From: the human T2T-CHM13v2.0 reference genome, Homo sapiens
NCBI RefSeq assembly: GCF_009914755.1
Contig: NC_060937.1
Direction: 5' to 3' (one strand)
Length of the DNA: 64,000 nucleotides
This document shows, in pieces, positions 56,440 through 64,000 of the stretch (position 1 is the first letter of the stretch; every line of letters begins with the position of its first letter). The notes beneath the pieces are model-generated. The model was not told the origin of the DNA, did no database searches, and worked only from the letters and a program-made list of their open reading frames with translations. Both the position numbers and the translations under genes were made by a program.

Positions 56440-56569
56440 CAAATACAGTCAATTTTAATAGAGATAGCTCACATAAACAAAAACCCTTTGGTGGCCTGGT
56501 GCCCTCAATATTTTTTAAGAGTGTAAAGGGTCTTCAAAACCAAAGCATGTGATGGGCTATTGTAGTGTA

Positions 56570-56790
56570 TTAATAACAATAGCAGCCAGCACTACCAGAC
56601 ACCTGTTAACCCTCTTAATCCTCATGAAAGCCCCATGAAGTAGGAATTATTGTAATCCTCATTGCCCAGATGAAGAAACTGAGGCACAGAGAGGTAAAAT
56701 GACTCCCAAATGTCATGCTGATAGCATGTGGAGACCCTGGAAATCCAGCCCAGGAGTCTGACTCTGGAGTTCGCATTTCTAACTTGTTCA
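56570..56790. mobile_element. MIR fragment
   Basis: cagatgaagaaactgaggcacagagaggtaaaatgact MIR core. Confidence 0.8.
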
Positions 56791-57190
56791 AAATGTTGCC
56801 TCTTCTCTATGAGCCAGTTATGAGGCTGTTAATTTGTTTTCCACAGGGTAACCATCTGACTACCCATTGCATTTCGCATAATCAAGAGGCCTCAGACTTC
56901 ATGGTCCTCTCTCTACCATCCCCAATATCCAAGCCTAGTAGCTGCACCACTGATTTAAAAAAGAAGACACCAAACCACTTTCAAAGATGCATTTAACATA
57001 AAATCTGGCTATTCCTATATAACATCTTCAAACATGACTTTCCTGAAGGTCTCTTATACTGCTTTCCTCTGGGACAAAAAAGGCAGGAAAATCCTTTTAC
57101 CAATATTGAACTACTATCAAAATCTAGCACACCTGCTCCTGAAAACTTGCAGGATTACCATTTCACTTCATCTTTTTTTTCCTGCTACAC

Positions 57191-57489
57191 TTTTTGTTTT
57201 TGTTTTTGAGACAGGATCTTGCTCTGTCACCCAGGCTGGAGTGCAGTGGTGCAATCACAGCTCACTGCAGCCTCAACCTCCTGGGCTCAAGTAATCCTCC
57301 CACCTCAGCCTCCTGAGTAGCTGGGACTACACTTGCATGCCACCATGCCCAGCTAACTTTTTTATTGTTTGTAGAGATGGGCGTCTTGCTATATTGTCCA
57401 GGCTGGTCTTGAATTCCTGGGCTCAAAGGATCCTCCTGTCTTGGCCTCCCAAGATGTGGGCTTACAGGCGTGAGCCACCCGTCCTGGCT
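57191..57489 (-). mobile_element. AluJ
   Basis: cacagctcactgcagcctcaacctcctgggctcaag. Confidence 0.92.
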
Positions 57490-59521
57490 GCTGTACTCTT
57501 AAAATTGAAAAATTGCTGGTAGGTGTTTGTGTTTTTACCACCTGTGCCATTATGCCCAATGCCCCTAGATAAGTGTGATCTCACAGGTCACAGTGCCAGG
57601 GAACTCCAGCTGTAGGAAAGTCATCCATTAACGTTCCTCTGTTGATCCTAGCTCAGTCCGATGTACACGTGGAGCTCTCTGTGTTGCCTGATCTATCTGT
57701 GGCCGTGTAGTTTCTCTTCATAAACTTGGCTTAATACACCAAGCATAATATGACACATGGCTGAATAACCAAAATCTCATTTCGCTCAAGTATCTTTTAA
57801 TTAAAATGTTAATTTGGGCATGCATAAGTTAACTCCACTTCAGCCCAGAAAGAAGGGTAAAAGGATTTTGAAATTTTCACCAACTTAAGGCATTTTGGGG
57901 ATACGGTTTGTATGAAAGATGCTTCAGAAAATGAAGTTGTCATGCATTGTATGTGTAAATAAACCTTTCAGCTCACTGGCAGGATAGAAGCGCAGTAGGG
58001 CTGGAAAGGCATTCTGGGTATTAGCATGCAAATGAGCGTGTCAACAGTGGCTAGAGTGTACCTTGGGGTGGTAAACAAGCTGATTGTCATGGGAAATGTA
58101 GTTGGCTCTGCTCTGTTTGAAACTGTTTTGCAAATCCCTTGTTTGGTTAGATTTCTGAAAGTTGAGTTTGTGAACTCAATAATACAGCTTAATACCAAAC
58201 TCCCAGTCACATGGTTTTTGGATGCCTGACAGGGTTGTGCACACTATAAAGGGCCATCCAAGCAGGCATGCCCAGTTAGGTCTGGAACGCATGGGGCCTG
58301 AAGCACAAACAGAAGGCTGAAGAAAGATGTCAGCCACAATTAGAACGCAGCAGAGGCCAGGGTTCCAATCCTGGATGTGCCCATGCCCTCTGGCTGCTTC
58401 CTGCCTTCCCGAATGCTCTCCCTCTGCCCGGATGCTCTGTTCCTCCACCCCCAGCCTGGCCACCTCCTCCTCAGCTTCCTCTGGGAAGCCCTCCCGACCT
58501 GTCCAGGTGGAGTTAAGGCCCTCCACCCCATCTGCTGTGGACAGCACTTCCTCCTTGACTCATGAGTACGTGGGCACGGTTTCCACGCTGGGCACTTTGC
58601 TGGGCACTCTGACCACAGTGAACGGCACTCTGTGTGCCCATCTGTCCCTTCTAGCTAAGTGGTTCTCCTCAAGGCAGGAGACAGAGTCTTCCTCATCTTC
58701 ATGTCCCCAGGGCCTGGCACACAGTGGGCACTCATCAAGCACCGGCTGTGCCTAGGTTCATGTTCTCCTTCTCACCTGGAGCAAGATGAATTCAATAAGA
58801 GCACAGAATCTTTGCATTGTTTTTCTTAGTGCGTGCTCTCTCTTCCCTCTGCCTCCGGCTTACAGACCATGCCACTGCAACTCTCACACCCTCCAGCTCA
58901 CCATAGGGATCTGGCTCCTCTCCCAGCTCCTTAAGGGTCACCTCTCCACAGCTCCACTGCACCCCCTTTACAGAGACACTTCCCCTTTGTCTTCAAACTA
59001 ACCCTGATGCCTTTTGCAAACCCTTCCCTAAAAAACCCACTTCTCTGAAGAGCCCATTGTCTGAGAAGCCAGCCCCAAAGTTTCCTTTTACAGAAAAGGA
59101 GATCAGCTTTCCCACAGCCACATGTCAGTCCCCTTCCAAGAAGGGGCAGTTTGAGCTGAATGAACAGAATGCAAAGGCTTCTGCCTGACAGGTAACCTAC
59201 CTGTCCCCCTGCCCCGAGGAAGCTGGGATAGGCACAGAGGTGGAAGATGGCTTCCACCTCTGCACCAGGAGGGAGATGTAACCTGAACTGATGAGGGAGC
59301 AGGGATGGGAGTAAGATCGGCGACATGCTCCCTGGCCCTGCATGTGGTACTTTTGGGGGTAGAAGTTTGGTTGTGGAGCTGCAAATGTTGTACATAGTCT
59401 CATTAAAAAATAATCAAGGTTTGTCGTGTCTGCCTTATATTCTCTATGTCTCCTGTTGTGAAGACAAATCATATGTCTCCATGTGGGGTCAAATCATGGC
59501 ATGCATCCTGGCATAACCTAT

Positions 59522-59916
59522 TGTTATGGGCTGAATTCTGTCCCCCGCCCAAATTCATATGTTGAAGCCCTGACCCCCAGTACCTAAGTATGTGACTGTA
59601 TTTGAAGATAGGACCTTTTAAAGAGGTGACAAAGTTGAAATGAGGCCATTAGGGTGGGCCCTAATCCAAACTGACTGATATCACTATGAGAAAAGGAGGT
59701 TAGGACAGAAAGAGACACAGAGAGGAGAGGCCCTGTGGGGACACACCGGGAAGTTGGCCCTCTACAAGGCAAGGAGAGAGGCTGCAGAAGAAACCAAAGC
59801 TACCAGCCCCTCGATCTTGGACATCTAGCCTGCAGAACTGTGAGAAAACACATTTCTATTGTTTACTATCCAGCCTGTGGTACTTCTACTGTGGCAGCCC
59901 AAGCAAACGCATATGC
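59522..59916 (+). mobile_element. MLT1B/C-like MaLR solo LTR
   Basis: tgttatgggctgaatt...aaattcatatgttgaagccc...gatcttggacatctagcctgcagaactgtgaga. Confidence 0.85.
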
Positions 59917-60214
59917 CCATTACGTGTTCAGATCTGCTGTTCGTGCAGAAAGACAGCCTACGCACAGGGTCAGCTCCTCTGTCAGATACGGGAACTGTGA
60001 TGGCTGCTTCAGCATTGAAGGACAGCACACAGTTGCCTCTCTGGGGCTGTGAGCAGGTCTGGCTTCTCTAGGCAGGCCCAGGCTCAGCCAAGCAGAGGTA
60101 ATGTGAACAGTCCCAGATCCTTCAGGCAGCATCTCCAGCAGTGATTGAGTTCCCTCCGTGGCTCCACCTTTTGCTGGACAGACCACTGTGGTTTCAGCCT
60201 CTGCCCCTGGGCTC

Positions 60215-60385
60215 TGAAACTGACTCAGCGCAAGAGGACAAGCTTCAATTCCCTATGATTTCATCTCCAACCTGACCAATCAGCACTCCCCACTCACTAG
60301 CCTGTACCTACCAAATTATCCTTAAATATTCTGATCCCTGATTCTTGGGGAGACTGATTTGAGTAGTAATAAAACTCTAGTCTAC
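60215..60385 (+). mobile_element. LTR8-like (ERV1) 3' fragment
   Basis: ctgactcagcgcaagaggac...ccctatgatttcatctcc..cctgaccaatcagcactcccca...ggggagactgatttgagta.taataaaactc. Confidence 0.65.
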
Positions 60386-60469
60386 CATTAAAACAAAAAA
60401 GCCACTGAGCCCCTGATCCTTTCTGGAACATCCCAGCTGACTCAGACCTCCCCTCCCTGCTGATGCAAG

Positions 60470-61020
60470 CATTGCTCATTCAATATTAATTCGTTGAGCA
60501 CCAACTTGTCCATGTATCAGGTGATGGTGAGCAGAACTATGGATTTATGAGGCTGACACTCCTGAGAATATGAAGGAGAAAGACTGAGCAAATCACCACA
60601 CGCTGGAGGAGAAGCCACAGTGAGATGAGGAGAGCAGAAGAAGGAAACCTAACAGGGCTTGTGGGGGACTTGAGATCTTCAGGTGTGGAGGAGTTGAGGA
60701 GGCACAGACAAGGTGGGGAAGGAAGTGATGGGAAGTCCAGCCCATGCAAAGGACCTGCAGTGAGAAAGCACAGGATGCTCTAGGCACTGAAAGAAGGCCC
60801 AGGAACCGGAGTGTGAGGAGCGGGGGCAGTTCCTGGAAACGCAGGGCTGGAGAGGGGGTGCTGAGCCTGGCTGATGAGAGTGAGCATAGTGGTTTTTGTT
60901 TTAAGGGCAATGGAACTCACTGCAGAGTTCTCAGCAGGGGGTTGGCACCATCAGGTTGTGTTTGAAGGACTCACTGGCTGCAGTGTGGAAGAGCCATGTG
61001 AGGGAACGAGAGTGGTCAGG
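60470..61020 (-). mobile_element. L2 fragment
   Basis: ctcattcaatattaattcgttgagcacc...gagttctcagcagggg...tcactggctgcagtgtgga. Confidence 0.55.
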
Positions 61021-61925
61021 GAGCCAGCTCCATGGCGGCGTCCTTCAGAGGCAGCACACAATCCCCCGCACTGGCCTCAGAGGTCCTGCAGGTACACACC
61101 TGGCTCAAGAACCAACTCCTGACTGCAGTGATCTGAGCGAAGGTCTCCTTCACCCTGCCAAGAAACTTCCCTCTCGTTTCCCTGCTGCAGAGCCAGGATC
61201 CTTCATACAAGGTCCACTCTTTCCATGAAAGCCCTGACCCCCATAAAATGCAAACATCTCTACATGACAACGCCTTAGCCTGAGCAGCCTTCATTGAAGA
61301 GTTACTGGAAAAACGCTGACTGGACAAGCGGCGACCAGCAGGAAGGCAGTTTCCTGAATCTCCCTGGTGAAAGTTCTTCTGAGGGAATCCAGATGGGCTT
61401 GGCTGCAGGAGGCTGAGTGCCTCAAGTTTCAGTCAAGAGAACTCAGGAGAGCTGGAAGCACACATGGTGGACGTGGAAGGAGGGAAGGGTTGAAGGAGAG
61501 CCTTGATCCTGCAAGTTCTTTAGTATTATGATCTCTGTTTTCCACATGAGCTTTAGTGCAGAGAGGTGGAAACAACTTACCTCGGGGCACACAGACCAGA
61601 GTAGCTGTCAGGACACAAATATTCTGAGCCTGGTACTGCATTCCACCTCAGCAACAGGCCTTGAGAGCCAGCTCTGGAGAAGCCAAGCAATGGCCCCTGG
61701 GTCTGTGGTGATGAGCTGCAAGGACTCACCCCAAATACCACCCCATCAGCAAGTGACTGGCACATAGCAGAAATGTGATGAGTATTTATTGAATGAATGA
61801 ATGAGTCACCATATGGGCAAGTGCCTTGTAAACAGTTAAGGCCCTGGACCTTTGGAGATTTTTAATAGCTTCAGTCTCCTTAAGCAAAAACGTCCTCAAA
61901 AGTCCCTATTTTAAAAGGTAAATAA

Positions 61926-62244
61926 GGCCAGGCATGGTGGCTCCCACCTGTAATCCCAATGCCAATGCATTGGGAGGTTAAGGTGAGAGGATCATTGGAG
62001 TCCAGGAGTTTGAGACCAGCCTGGGCAACATAGTGAGACCCCATCTCTACAAAAAATGTTTTTTAAAAAAATTAGCTAGGCATGGTGGTGTGTGCTTGTA
62101 GTCCTAGCTTCTTAGGAGGCTGAGGTGGGAGGATTGCTTGAGCCCAAAGAGGTCGGGGCTACAGTGAGCTATGATTGTGCCACTGCACATTTTGCCTGGA
62201 CAACAGAGAAAGACCCTGCCTCCTAAATAAATAAATAAATAAAT
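61926..62244 (+). mobile_element. AluJ with (AAAT)n tail
   Basis: gggaggattgcttgagccc, gctacagtgagctatgat. Confidence 0.92.
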
Positions 62245-62513
62245 AGGAAAACAATACTGCCAGGGGCAGTGCCTCAACCCTAAAACCTTCTTAATTCACA
62301 TTCACTCACCCAACATGGTTTATTGAGCTCCTTCCATGCACTAGGCCAGTGGTTCTAGGCATACTACAGTGAACAGAATAGACAAGGTCACTGCTTTCAT
62401 ACCAGTGGGGGCAAAAGACCTCAAAAGCAAGTAACCACATAAATGAACAAGCTAATGATAGGCAGCCATGGCATGTGACAGGAAGAAAGGAAATGGGTAT
62501 TTTATATACAGTA

Positions 62514-62830
62514 CAGTAATCACTCCTTATCCTCAAGGGATGCGTTCCAAGATCCCAAGGATGTCTAAAACTGCAGATAGTACTGGACCCCATATATAGT
62601 ATGCATTTTTCCTGTACATACATACCTATGACAAAGGTTTAGTTGACAAACTAGGCACAGCAAGAGATTAACAACAATAATGGATAATAAAATAGAACAA
62701 TGATAATATGCTGTCATAAAGGTTAGGTGAATATGGTCTCTCTTTCTCTCTCTCAAAATGGTTTATTGTATGCTACTTACCCTTCTTATGACCTGCCGAT
62801 CTGATCACCAAGAGGGCTACTATATGACTC
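62514..62830. mobile_element. MER44 (Tigger/TcMar) fragment
   Basis: TA|cagtaat..ccttatcc...gttccaaga...catacatacctatga...taggcacagcaagagattaacaacaataa. Confidence 0.75.
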
Positions 62831-62860
62831 TTAAATAAATACTATCCATTGGCTAATTAA

Positions 62861-63670
<810 letters not shown>

Positions 63671-64000
63671 AGAAATGAAAGAAAATAAGAACAAAAAAGG
63701 AGAGAAGAGTTCTTCATGAGAAGAAGCAGGTAAGAGAAGGAGCCTGGCGGTTCACAAGGACAGACTTCTCTTGCCACAATTTCCAGTTCAGTTATGTTCC
63801 TAAAAGTATTTCTGAGAATTTGCTACGTGCCAGGCAGGACCTTAGCAGAAACAGGAGAGGCAGCCTGGTCTCAAGCTGCTATGCTCCAGGGAGAAGCGAC
63901 AGCTGCAGAACATGGAAATGGCAGATCGTTTTGCTGTAGATGAACCCTAGAGGGAAGGGGAGACAGGGCGCTGGACGGGTCAACCTGGCAAGGCTGAGAG

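Larger units (their letters stand above)
54529..56562. mobile_element. Charlie1-type hAT DNA transposon remnant (~1.45 kb net) with two Alu insertions
   Basis: cagtggttc start, gggggtcca..aggtcaaagctattttcata, ggttattcagacttgggtattgggcagatattttcttgaaaatgaa, ttttaagagtgtaaagggtc end. Confidence 0.8.

Noticed and set aside
54529-56562. Charlie transposase gene
   Set aside because: Internally deleted fossil; the ORF track shows no ORF over the transposase-derived part

Overview
Mammalian (human/great-ape-type, Alu-rich) genomic DNA. It contains one protein-coding gene, the ParaHox homeobox gene GSX1 (+ strand, two coding exons, 43802-44213 and 44677-45059, 264 aa), with a TATA-like box, a poly(A) signal and a multi-block CpG-island domain (~40.7-48.7 kb). 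The rest is intergenic: about 30 Alus (many with visible target-site duplications), old L1/L2/MIR fragments, LTRs (LTR10-like, MLT1, MLT2, MST, LTR8-like), DNA-transposon fossils (MER5A, MER20, MER53, Charlie1, MER44), microsatellites, and several repeat-free, motif-dense blocks that look like developmental enhancers. I found no evidence for a new multi-gene system. The most interesting observations are: (1) possible isoform control of GSX1 (stop-free 5' leader with in-frame CUGs ahead of an N-terminal SNAG-like motif, strong cryptic donors in the intron, an AU-rich element); (2) two structurally odd Alu rearrangements; (3) an orphan CCAAT/E-box/CTCF-YY1 motif cluster at ~16.9 kb; (4) candidate enhancers. 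Repeat family names come from visual recall of consensus sequences, not from a search. Boundaries of old repeats are approximate.
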